A DNA stretch of 47,056 nt from Clostridia bacterium (GCA_017452565.1 JAFTMF010000171.1:1-47056), one strand, 5' to 3'; numbered from the stretch's first letter, positions 1-8,146 are shown. Numbers and translations are program-made. Notes: generated by a model not told the origin, from the letters alone.

Positions 1-1314
1 AAAGAGATCGGCACAGATCGCTCGCAGGACGGGATTTTTGCGCATAGCGTTGCCCGATGCGACGATGCCGACGATATTGCTATCCACACCCATTTGGGTA
101 TACATTTGATGAAGCTCCTCTACGATCCCTCGCAGAAAACCTGCTGAAAGTGCTTCGGGAGTGAAATTGTGCAGCCCGATCCCTGTGATCGATCCACGCA
201 CATCGGGGCTCTCCCGCGTTCCGCTGAACTGTGTGGAGACGGCGAGAGGCGCATCCTTGCCCTCTTCTGCCGCTCGGTTAAGATAATCGTAGATCACACG
301 GTCGGAGAGTTCCATCCCCAATCCCGAGGCGATGGAACGGATGAAGTTTTTTAGTAAAGTATAAGCTCTGCCACCGCAAAGAGCGGCGCCCGAACAGATG
401 TATTTGCCGTCGAAGTAGGGACGAATCTCACCGCCTGCTGCGGTGGGATCGTCTGTAATCACGCTGACCTGACTGCTGGTACCTACGTTGACCAGCACCA
501 TTCGGTCATCGGCAAGCGAGCCGAACAACCCTGCCTGATTGTCCCCGATGGAAACGGCTACGGGAATCTGTCGGTTTGCGGTATCATACGTGCCAACGAT
601 CCAATATCCGCCTGCGATTTTGGGTAGAACGGTACGTGGGATTTGCAATTTTTCCAAAACGTCTGCCCGAAACTGCTCTGCTTTCAGATCATAAGCACCC
701 ATTGCGGCGGCATTGGTAAGATGCAGGAGCGGCTTTGTCCCCGTTAGACGAGCTACGAGGAGATCCATTACGGTGACGATACCGGCAGTTTTTGCCGGAA
801 GCAAGCCCAGCTTGCGCAGGGCGTAATAGGTGGTGATGCCGTAGCCCGTTGGGATCGTCTCGCCGGTAAGAGCGGTGATCTCTTCGCAAATAGTACGCTT
901 GCCGCCCATCTTTCGCTGTCCGAATCCGTTTTGCCAAGTGTAGAGGGGAGACAAAATCTCGCACTGTTCATCTACGCAGATCACGCCATGCATCTGTCCG
1001 GCGATACCGATGGAAGCGATGGTCGGATAGGTTGCGGTCACCGATGCGATCAATGCCGTAGCACGCCGAAGGAGCAATTCTGCATCCGCAGCGAAGGCAT
1101 CGGGATAGCCGTCCACCGTAATAGCTGCGGTGTGATCGAAATTGTAGGTCTGTACGCAAGCACCGCTTTCCGATGCCACCACTTGTGCGGAAATCGAGGT
1201 AGTGCCGATGTCAACGCCAAGCAGAAGCGGACCGCCGGGGAGGTCGGTCGCTGCACTTTCCTCCTCCGAAAATGCATTGGTTGGAGATGAGAGTTCGGGG
1301 TTATCTCCTCGCAA
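1..1314 (-). CDS. FGGY-family carbohydrate kinase (partial; C-terminus lies beyond window edge; start uncertain)
   Basis: The minus-strand frame is open from position 1 to 1314. My translation gives PLLLGVDIGTTSISAQVV, IGIAGQMHGVICVD, SIGDNQAGLFGS and VLVNVGTSSQVS, which are actin-fold/FGGY sugar kinase motifs. It is absent from the ORF track because its stop is outside the window. Upstream of the DIGTTS motif (1201-1227) the only in-frame start is TTG at 1312-1314. Confidence 0.75.
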   Translation of the reverse strand, partial: MRGDNPELSSPTNAFSEEESAATDLPGGPLLLGVDIGTTSISAQVVASESGACVQTYNFDHTAAITVDGYPDAFAADAELLLRRATALIASVTATYPTIASIGIAGQMHGVICVDEQCEILSPLYTWQNGFGQRKMGGKRTICEEITALTGETIPTGYGITTYYALRKLGLLPAKTAGIVTVMDLLVARLTGTKPLLHLTNAAAMGAYDLKAEQFRADVLEKLQIPRTVLPKIAGGYWIVGTYDTANRQIPVAVSIGDNQAGLFGSLADDRMVLVNVGTSSQVSVITDDPTAAGGEIRPYFDGKYICSGAALCGGRAYTLLKNFIRSIASGLGMELSDRVIYDYLNRAAEEGKDAPLAVSTQFSGTRESPDVRGSITGIGLHNFTPEALSAGFLRGIVEELHQMYTQMGVDSNIVGIVASGNAMRKNPVLRAICADLF

Positions 1315-1613
1315 GAGCGCTTCGCAGACGGCACGGCAGTCACGCTCTTTTGGCTGTCATCATCCAGCGTCCGCAGGCGCTTGGCAATCAGCTCGTTTTT
1401 CGTGACAACGCCGTCCCGCCAGAGATGGATGTCGGACAGCGGAATATCCAACTCCCGAAACTGTCGGATCTGCAAAAGGGTTTGCACGCTTTCCTCGTCA
1501 TAGCTGCGGTAACCGTTGTCTTTTCGCTTGACCATGATCAGTCCGCGGCTCTCGTAATACCTTATGGCAGTAGATGGCAATCCGGTGAGTTTTTCGACGG
1601 TTGAGATGTTCAT
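1050..1613 (-). CDS. MerR-family transcriptional regulator
   Basis: The 187-aa ORF begins MNISTVEKLTGLPSTAIRYYESRGLI...YRSYDEESVQTLLQIRQFRELDIPLSDI, a classic MerR winged-HTH. Only the first ~100-110 aa look MerR-like. The last ~88 codons run through the kinase 5' end in another frame. Confidence 0.75.
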   Translation of the reverse strand: MNISTVEKLTGLPSTAIRYYESRGLIMVKRKDNGYRSYDEESVQTLLQIRQFRELDIPLSDIHLWRDGVVTKNELIAKRLRTLDDDSQKSVTAVPSAKRSCEEITPNSHLQPMHFRRRKVQRPTSPAVRFCLALTSALPRFPHKWWHRKAVLAYRPTISITPQLLRWTAIPMPSLRMQNCSFGVLRH

Positions 1614-1652
1614 AAATCGTCCTTTTTTAGGATAATGATAGTGTTTGATTTT

Positions 1653-1683
1653 ATTATAAACCTTCCAGTTGGTGGAAGGTCAA
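1653..1683 (-). promoter_or_regulatory. MerR-type promoter/operator: TTGACC, 19-nt spacer, TATAAT, with a dyad in the spacer
   Basis: The minus strand reads TTGACC(1683-1678) ttccaccaactggaaggtt TATAAT(1658-1653). The inverted repeat ACCTTCCA (1660-1667) / TGGAAGGT (1673-1680) overlaps the -35 and the spacer. A 19-nt spacer plus a dyad is the MerR-family signature (compare the CueR/copA ACCTTCC-N7-GGAAGGT site). It lies about 40 nt upstream of the merR-like ATG. Confidence 0.6.
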
Positions 1684-1766
1684 TACGGTTTTGCACAAAT
1701 TTACAATTTATTCACAATCAAATATAGAGAATGTGCACAATCATTGGTATCACCCTTGCCTGTATT

Positions 1767-1800
1767 AAAAAAAGCGGCGAAGCAATTACGCTTCGCCGCT
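1767..1800 (-). terminator. Rho-independent terminator downstream of the HTH-ARH gene
   Basis: An 11-bp stem AGCGGCGAAGC (1773-1783) / GCTTCGCCGCT (1790-1800) has a 6-nt loop. On the minus strand it is followed by a 7-U run (plus-strand A-run at 1767-1773). Confidence 0.7.
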
Positions 1801-1863
1801 TTCTGCGATGATGATTGTGTTTGCCATCATCACGCAACCGGTTCCATTTGAGATTCTTCAGCT

Positions 1864-3444
1864 TTATTTCCCTGCGATATGCTCCATCGTCAGCCTGACC
1901 AGATCGCTGATTTTCACCGTTCCTACACCGAAAATCGTGGTATGGAGAGTGTCTTGGATAGGCTTCGTCCAATAGTCGGAAATGGACTGAATGCCGTTGG
2001 CCATTCCCAGAACGGAACCTACCGTAGCGCCGTTGCAGTCGGTATCAAAGCCTGTCTCCACCGCCATACAGATGGACTTGCCATAATCGCCGCCACCATA
2101 CAATAGCGATGCAGCCACGATCATTGCGTTGGAATTGGTGTGACACCAGCCGTGCTGCGAATACTCATCGTAGCGGCTGTGAATCAGATCAAAGCAAGCC
2201 TTTTGCGACGCTCCGCTTCGATAAGCCTCCAACACCGCCTGCACGTCCGCGTACAATCGAGAGGTGTGTGGAATCTCGCCAAGACCGCCCTCGATGATTT
2301 GCTCCACGTCAGCGGTAACTGCTGCGCAGGCGATCATTGCTGCCGCAAACATTTCGCCGTAGATGCCGTTTTTGATATGGGAAATAGAGGCATCCCGCCA
2401 AGCCATCTCTGCTGCACGCTCCGGATCGCCCGGATTGATATAGCCGAAATAGTCGCCTCTGATCTGCGCGCCGATCCATTCACGGTAGGGATTTTTATAG
2501 ATTGCCGACTCGGGTGGCACATAGCCTTTCACGAAATTGCAGAATGCAACCCGCTCTGCGGTACAATATGCGTCCTTGTTTTGCGAATACAGCCACGCCC
2601 GGGAGACATCGTAGGGGGTGAAATCTCTTCCGTATCGGCTGATGATCTCCTGCGCCAGCACCACGTAATTGGTGTCGTCGTCCACCGGCATTCCATCTAC
2701 TGCATCGGCGTACTCGCGTCCCATAAATCCGTAGGTGTATTTTTGAACGATTTCGCTATTGAGATCGCTTTTGTAAATATAGCGGTGCATCGGATAATTG
2801 CCCGTCTCTTTCAAAAACGGGATCAGTTCGTCTGTGCGGATGCCCTCCACGGTTTTGCCCAGCAGACAACCGCAGATTCTGCCCATCCATGCGCCGTGAA
2901 TCTTTTGCGCAAGACTATCGGGATCGTATACGGTAGGCATCGCAGGTCGCCGTCTGAGCGCCCGAATCTGTCCCAGTTCCGAGGGCTCGATGTACGGATA
3001 GCCTTCCCGTTGGGGAGCGTTTGCCACTACCTCGAACAACACGTCCCCCAGTTTTTTCTTGATCTCTCCCTTGGGAAGTCGGGAAACTGCAGCAAACACG
3101 TCCCGATAATGCTCGATATCCAGTCCCTCTTCCATAGATTGCTCGTACTCGATAAGCAAGTTGGAGGAATAAAACTCCCAATCGTGCAAATTCTGATACT
3201 GCGGCTTGATCACCTTGGTGTGCTTCATTTCTTCTACCACACGATTGTTGTTCCCGAGAATCAATGCGTCCAGAGAAACGTCAAAGTATTTGGTAATCAG
3301 AATGATCTTATCCAGATCGGGGGTTGCCAGATCACTCTCCCACTTTTGCACCGATTGTTGGGATACCCCAAACAGTGCGGAAAACTGCGCTTGCGTCAGC
3401 TTGGCTTCGGTTCGGATTTTATAAATCGTAGCTCCTATTTTCAT
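1864..3444 (-). CDS. XRE-family HTH domain fused to an ADP-ribosylglycohydrolase (ARH/DraG-like) domain
   Basis: 526-aa ORF. The N-terminus IYKIRTEAKLTQAQFSALFGVSQQSVQKWES is a Cro/C1-type HTH. The C-terminal ~330 aa carry the ARH motifs MPVDDDTNYVVL and GFDTDCNGATVGSVLG (metal-binding Asp clusters). Confidence 0.8.
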   Translation of the reverse strand: MKIGATIYKIRTEAKLTQAQFSALFGVSQQSVQKWESDLATPDLDKIILITKYFDVSLDALILGNNNRVVEEMKHTKVIKPQYQNLHDWEFYSSNLLIEYEQSMEEGLDIEHYRDVFAAVSRLPKGEIKKKLGDVLFEVVANAPQREGYPYIEPSELGQIRALRRRPAMPTVYDPDSLAQKIHGAWMGRICGCLLGKTVEGIRTDELIPFLKETGNYPMHRYIYKSDLNSEIVQKYTYGFMGREYADAVDGMPVDDDTNYVVLAQEIISRYGRDFTPYDVSRAWLYSQNKDAYCTAERVAFCNFVKGYVPPESAIYKNPYREWIGAQIRGDYFGYINPGDPERAAEMAWRDASISHIKNGIYGEMFAAAMIACAAVTADVEQIIEGGLGEIPHTSRLYADVQAVLEAYRSGASQKACFDLIHSRYDEYSQHGWCHTNSNAMIVAASLLYGGGDYGKSICMAVETGFDTDCNGATVGSVLGMANGIQSISDYWTKPIQDTLHTTIFGVGTVKISDLVRLTMEHIAGK

Positions 3445-3540
3445 AGAAATCCCTCCTTTGTAAATCTATTATACCAAAGAATTGAATCGGATGCAACTAT
3501 ATGAGAATTGTTAATTATACAACCGATAGTTGTGCGAGTA

Positions 3541-3574
3541 AAAAACACCGCCGAAGAGCAAGCTCCACGGCGGT
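3541..3574 (-). terminator. Rho-independent terminator ending the GRE operon
   Basis: The stem ACCGCCG (3547-3553) / CGGCGGT (3568-3574) is followed on the minus strand by GUUUUU (plus-strand A-run 3541-3545). It sits just downstream of the GNAT stop. Confidence 0.6.
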
Positions 3575-3591
3575 AGTTCATATTTATCGGT

Positions 3592-4083
3592 TCATTTTTG
3601 CAGTTTCAGCTCTTTGAGATAGACCCATTCTTCCGCGGATTGCTGTGGCGGATAGAATCCACCTGCTCTGCGGTAGTCCAGCTTCTCGTAAAACTGCCAC
3701 GCATCCTCGTCTGCTTGCGTGCTGGTCATCGCATATGAATAGCCGCACCTCTGCAGATCACGTTCCCACGTTTGCATCAGTAAGGTTCCCAGTCCCTGCC
3801 TCCGATACGGTTCGTCTATGTACAGCAGATCCAAAAATGGGATGGTCTGCCAGAATAGACTATATCGCAGTATGCCCATTACGGAATTCTTCCGTTTATC
3901 AAGGTTGCTATCGTCCTTGAGAACATAGACTTGACCGTTCTCGATGCATTCTTCTAACCGATTTTGCGGGATATGGCTATCCAGTTTTGCGATCGTCTGT
4001 TGATCTTTTTGTGTTGCAAGCTCTATAATCATAGCTATCTCTACCTCATCTGCCGTCACACTGCAGATCAGCGGAGCTTTCAA
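3592..4083 (-). CDS. GNAT-family N-acetyltransferase
   Basis: 163-aa ORF. YIDEPYRRQGLGTLLMQ matches the acetyl-CoA binding Q/RxxGxG/A motif. It overlaps the activase gene by 38 nt, which implies the same operon. The stop is TGA. Confidence 0.75.
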   Translation of the reverse strand: MKAPLICSVTADEVEIAMIIELATQKDQQTIAKLDSHIPQNRLEECIENGQVYVLKDDSNLDKRKNSVMGILRYSLFWQTIPFLDLLYIDEPYRRQGLGTLLMQTWERDLQRCGYSYAMTSTQADEDAWQFYEKLDYRRAGGFYPPQQSAEEWVYLKELKLQK

Positions 4084-4900
4084 TGATCCCCTTCAGGCAA
4101 GCGTACTGCTTGTCGGACAGACGCGCTTCCTCACCTAAGGTGTACGGCTCTCCCAGCAGCTCGTATTTATGAATCCCCAATTCGTGATAGCGCAGAGCTT
4201 CGGTCCGCCGGATATTGGGAAACCGATTCAGATAGTCTCTGATACGGTTTGCTTCCTCCTCGTTTGCGTTGAAGGTGCCAATCAGCGGCACTCTCACCCA
4301 AATGGGTGCGCCGCTTTCATACAAACGTTGGAAATTCTCCAAAATCCGATGGTTGGAGACGCCGGTAAATCGCTTATGCAGATCGGGATCGATACACTTG
4401 ATGTCATACAGAAACAGCTGGGCATAGGGGATCAGCTTTTCTATATTGGAGAAATCCACCGCTCCGCAGGTATCGATCGCCACACGGATGCCGCATATGG
4501 ACAGACGCTTGGCACATTCCAGCACAAAATCGCTTTGCAGAAGACATTCACCGCCGGAAAAGGTGACGCCGCCCTCGCCTGTGAAAAAGGCTTGGTCTTC
4601 CAGAAGCTCGTTCACCAGTTCGTCGGGGGTGTATTCCCTGCCCGCTACCGAAAGGGCTTCGGTGGGGCAACGGCCTGCACCGTCGGCAGTGTGTGCACCA
4701 CCACAGCTGCCGCAGGAAATGCACTTGCGGGCATCGTAGGTCACCGATGGGATGCGGGATAGTCCCTCGGGATTCTGACACCATTTGCACCGCAGCGGAC
4801 AGCCCTTCAGAAACACCGTGGTGCGAACGCCCGGTCCATCGTGGAGGGAGCACCGCTGGACGTTGAATACAACACCCTTGACAGCAGAATCAATATGCAT
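4046..4900 (-). CDS. Glycyl-radical enzyme activating protein (radical SAM)
   Basis: 284-aa ORF. It carries CSLHDGPGVRTTVFLKGCPLRCKWCQNPE (the GRE-activase signature with CxxxCxxC) and an extra ferredoxin-like Cys cluster, CISCGSCGG...RCP. Confidence 0.9.
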   Translation of the reverse strand: MHIDSAVKGVVFNVQRCSLHDGPGVRTTVFLKGCPLRCKWCQNPEGLSRIPSVTYDARKCISCGSCGGAHTADGAGRCPTEALSVAGREYTPDELVNELLEDQAFFTGEGGVTFSGGECLLQSDFVLECAKRLSICGIRVAIDTCGAVDFSNIEKLIPYAQLFLYDIKCIDPDLHKRFTGVSNHRILENFQRLYESGAPIWVRVPLIGTFNANEEEANRIRDYLNRFPNIRRTEALRYHELGIHKYELLGEPYTLGEEARLSDKQYACLKGIIESSADLQCDGR

Positions 4901-5837
4901 CGCTGAGTTTTTCCAGAATCTCCTGATCCAGTACGTAGTCGGACATCTCTAAGATTTCCTTCAGATGGTCACTGCGGGAGGAGGAGAAGAGCGGAATCAC
5001 GGTAGGACGGTTGGGCAGGCGATCCTGGGCGAGCAGCCACGCGATTACCAGCTTAGAGGGGGTCAGACCCAACTCCTTGGCGCATTCCAACAGAGTGTCC
5101 AGACGGGATCCGGTTTCGTAAAAATCGGGGAGGCGGGCGGGATCGTCATAGCCGCCCTTAGCAAGACAGGAGTAAGCTACCAGCGGAATATCGTTGGCCG
5201 CAAGATAGCGCAAACGCTCCTCTACGGCGTTAACGTTGAACTCGTACGCCAGTTTGTAGCCGCCCTTGGGGAAGAGATAGGTGTAGCAGGGCTGGTTTAC
5301 CGTATAATCGGCATATCCATTCTGCTGAGCGATATGCTTAGCCTCGCACATCCGCCAAGTGTAGAAGTTGCTGGCACCGATGGCACGCACCTTGCCCTGC
5401 TTCACCAAGCGGTCAAAGGCTTCCATCGTTTCTTCCAGAGGAGTGTTTTTATCATCGGTGTGGGCGTAGTAGAGATCAATATAATCGGTGCCCAGCTTGC
5501 GCAGACTTTCATCGCACCAATACTCGATCTGCTTTGCGGTCAGACCCGCACCTTCGCCGTGGCGGTCAAAGCCTACCTTGGTAGCAATCACCAGCTGGTC
5601 ACGGCATCCGCGATCTGCCAGATATTTGCCCAGCAGAGTTTCGCTCTCATCGCCCGATGCGCCCGGCCACCAATGTGCGTAATTGTTGGAGGTATCTAAG
5701 AAATTACCGCCCATCTCACGGTAGAGATCCAGCTGACGGAATGCTTCCGCTTCGGACACCTGCGTTCCGTACATCATCGTTCCCAGGCAGATATTGCTGA
5801 CAGTCAGACCTGCCCGCTTCAGTTCAACTTTTTTCAT
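4890..5837 (-). CDS. Aldo/keto reductase family oxidoreductase
   Basis: 315-aa ORF with LGTMMYG, FLDTSNNY, IATKVG and VRAIGASNF, the conserved AKR blocks. It overlaps the activase start by 11 nt. Confidence 0.9.
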   Translation of the reverse strand: MKKVELKRAGLTVSNICLGTMMYGTQVSEAEAFRQLDLYREMGGNFLDTSNNYAHWWPGASGDESETLLGKYLADRGCRDQLVIATKVGFDRHGEGAGLTAKQIEYWCDESLRKLGTDYIDLYYAHTDDKNTPLEETMEAFDRLVKQGKVRAIGASNFYTWRMCEAKHIAQQNGYADYTVNQPCYTYLFPKGGYKLAYEFNVNAVEERLRYLAANDIPLVAYSCLAKGGYDDPARLPDFYETGSRLDTLLECAKELGLTPSKLVIAWLLAQDRLPNRPTVIPLFSSSRSDHLKEILEMSDYVLDQEILEKLSDAY

Positions 5838-5870
5838 AATATATTCCTTCTTTCTGAATTATTCACTAAA

Positions 5871-7220
5871 TTAGAATGTGTTTCTGGTAATCAAATCGTC
5901 TTGCGCCCGCTTGCACATCTCCACGAATACCGCACTGTAGCCGGTGACACGCACCATCAGATCCCGATGGGCGTCCGGATTTTGCTGTGCTTCTACCAAA
6001 AGCTCCCGATTCACAGCGCTGAGTTGGATTTGCATACCGCCCTTTTCGAAATAGACCGCAAGGATATTGGCAAGATTGCGAAGTCCCTCTTCGCCTGCAA
6101 AATTCTTAGGTTGGATGGTGACGTTCAACGCACCCGATGCGAAGCTGGCAAAAGGAATATTCGCCAGCGACGTCAGCATTGCGGTGATACCGTTTTTCGC
6201 CGATCCTACCGACGGTTGGCTGTTCTGAGCGATGGGAGCGCCCTTCTTTCTGCCGTCCGGGGTAGCACCGTACTCGGCGCCCCGATCCATATGCCACGTA
6301 TCGTTTTCGATGCAGAAGCGCAAACGGAGGAATGGCGGCAAATCTCTGCAAGCGTCCTTGACCGCCCGCACAAGGGTTTCGGGGAGTGCTTTTGCCCAAT
6401 AGGAGGACAGTTTATGACCGTCGCCCAGCTTGGGAGCGTTCTTACAGAGGGCGTGGATCACGGCGTTGTTCTCAAAATCATTTTCGCAGGCAGCTAAAAT
6501 CTCGGCGGTGGATAGATGCTTTTCGTTAATCAGATAATCCATTGCCGCGGCAATATCGATGACGTTGGCCACTCCGCCGAAGGGAACGATCAGATTGGTT
6601 CGCTCAAAGAAGAGGCCGCCGTTTTCGATATTATCGTAGGCAAAGCAAGAATAAAACTGCAACAGGTGAGAATTGGGCTTGTTTTCCTTGGGCAGGATGG
6701 GAAGCGTATCACGGACAACCGTTGTGTAAAGGCAATCGTAGACCGTTTGCAAAAAGGCCTCTCGGTCAAAACCGTCGGACTCTCTGCAGTATTGCTTCAC
6801 CGTTTCCATAAACAGCGGCAACATCGCACGGGAAGCACCACGGAAGAAGGTGCCGTGATAGGGGCGATCCTTGCCCGGGATCGTCGGCCAGTTGCAGCCG
6901 AAATACTCGTGGGAAAGTGCGTCTTCCACGCTCTCACCGTCGTTTATATACATCGCACACTCGGTGATATCGTTGTACACCATCGCAGATGCGCTGGCGC
7001 GCAGCTTGGAAACGAAGGATTGCCAAATATCGGGATGCGCTTCCGCAAATCCCTCGGCATAGCGGAACACCACCACGGGGTTTTTGTACTTGGGATGAAT
7101 CCGCTCCACCAGTAGCGCAGTCAGCTCGTTGCCTACCGCCTTTTGGGTTTTAGGATCGAGTCCGACAGAATCAGATACTGCGGTGCATCGTAGCAAAGGA
7201 TGCGGTGCCAGCCGGTACAC
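5871..7220 (-). CDS. Glycyl radical enzyme, C-terminal fragment (Cys loop and Gly-radical domain); part of a frameshifted gene
   Basis: 449-aa ORF. The Cys loop is VEDALSHEYFGCNWPTIPGKD (Cys codon 6894-6896). The C-terminal glycyl radical motif is MVRVTGYSAVFVEM (Gly codon 5940-5942). The ORF overlaps the N-terminal fragment by 88 nt in a different frame. Confidence 0.85.
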   Translation of the reverse strand: MYRLAPHPLLRCTAVSDSVGLDPKTQKAVGNELTALLVERIHPKYKNPVVVFRYAEGFAEAHPDIWQSFVSKLRASASAMVYNDITECAMYINDGESVEDALSHEYFGCNWPTIPGKDRPYHGTFFRGASRAMLPLFMETVKQYCRESDGFDREAFLQTVYDCLYTTVVRDTLPILPKENKPNSHLLQFYSCFAYDNIENGGLFFERTNLIVPFGGVANVIDIAAAMDYLINEKHLSTAEILAACENDFENNAVIHALCKNAPKLGDGHKLSSYWAKALPETLVRAVKDACRDLPPFLRLRFCIENDTWHMDRGAEYGATPDGRKKGAPIAQNSQPSVGSAKNGITAMLTSLANIPFASFASGALNVTIQPKNFAGEEGLRNLANILAVYFEKGGMQIQLSAVNRELLVEAQQNPDAHRDLMVRVTGYSAVFVEMCKRAQDDLITRNTF

Positions 7221-8062
7221 ATCTCGTGTCCTGCACGCGCGGACATCTGATGCTCTCCTCTGCCCATAATCAGATTGTTCTTAGCATAGAAATCGTCGAT
7301 CAGGAGGGCGGCATCCTCTCGGCTGAGCACGCCTTCTGCGATATCCTGCCGATAGAGATCAATCAGGAAGAGATCCAATCGACCGATCGTCAGCGTGGGA
7401 TTGGGAGAAATGTAGGCGCAGAAGAAAAATTCGATAGACCAAATCAACTGCAGTGCACTGCGGAAGGTCGTGGGAGCGCCTTCTGCCGCAATCTTGCACG
7501 CTTCTGCTGCCTCTGTGAGACCTGCCTGCTCTGCGGCTTCGGCAGAGCGATAAAGGAAACGGATCAAAGCATCGTAGATCATCACACAGCCCTGCACGAA
7601 ATCCCGTTTTTCGCCGTTGCCTTCTGCTTCGAAGCGATCTCTCCACGATTCGGCGTAGGCCTTCATTGCGGGGAGTCCCATCCGAATCAGATCGTTCCAG
7701 CGGAAGGATTGATGACCGGGATCGGTAATGAAGCTCGGAATGCCTTCCATCCGCAACAGATCGTGAATATATTCATTGCGGAAGATCTCCTCTTCCTCAG
7801 GAGTAAAGCTTTCCTCCACCATTCTGCCAATCAGCAGATCGGTGTCCTTAACGGGAATGGAAACCTGCCCTACGAACCGACGCATTCCCTCGCCGTACCG
7901 GAGCGGCTGTGAGGAAATCTCTGCCACCTCTTTGGCAATCCGGCTCCACAGACGGACTCGCTCTGAGGAATAGGTAATCACCGGCTTTTGGGTCAGCGCG
8001 GCTATGGCTTCCCTTTCCATAATCCCGCGCAGTTCATCAATTTTGTATGTGCCAATATTCAT
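7133..8062 (-). CDS. Glycyl radical enzyme, N-terminal fragment; part of a frameshifted gene
   Basis: 309-aa ORF with PFL-like N-terminal domain character. It continues directly into the 5871-7220 ORF after a 1-nt frame change near 7150-7200. The combined length is about 730 aa. Confidence 0.75.
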   Translation of the reverse strand: MNIGTYKIDELRGIMEREAIAALTQKPVITYSSERVRLWSRIAKEVAEISSQPLRYGEGMRRFVGQVSIPVKDTDLLIGRMVEESFTPEEEEIFRNEYIHDLLRMEGIPSFITDPGHQSFRWNDLIRMGLPAMKAYAESWRDRFEAEGNGEKRDFVQGCVMIYDALIRFLYRSAEAAEQAGLTEAAEACKIAAEGAPTTFRSALQLIWSIEFFFCAYISPNPTLTIGRLDLFLIDLYRQDIAEGVLSREDAALLIDDFYAKNNLIMGRGEHQMSARAGHEMCTGWHRILCYDAPQYLILSDSILKPKRR

Positions 8063-8118
8063 AATCTTGCTCCTTCAAACAAATATTTGCAACATAGAAT
8101 TCAAATTGTACCGATCTC

Positions 8119-8146
8119 ATTATAGCAGAAATTCACAAAATGTCAA
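8119..8146 (-). promoter_or_regulatory. Sigma-A type promoter of the GRE operon
   Basis: The minus strand reads TTGACA (8146-8141), a 16-nt spacer, then TATAAT (8124-8119). It is about 55 nt upstream of the GRE ATG at 8062. Confidence 0.55.
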
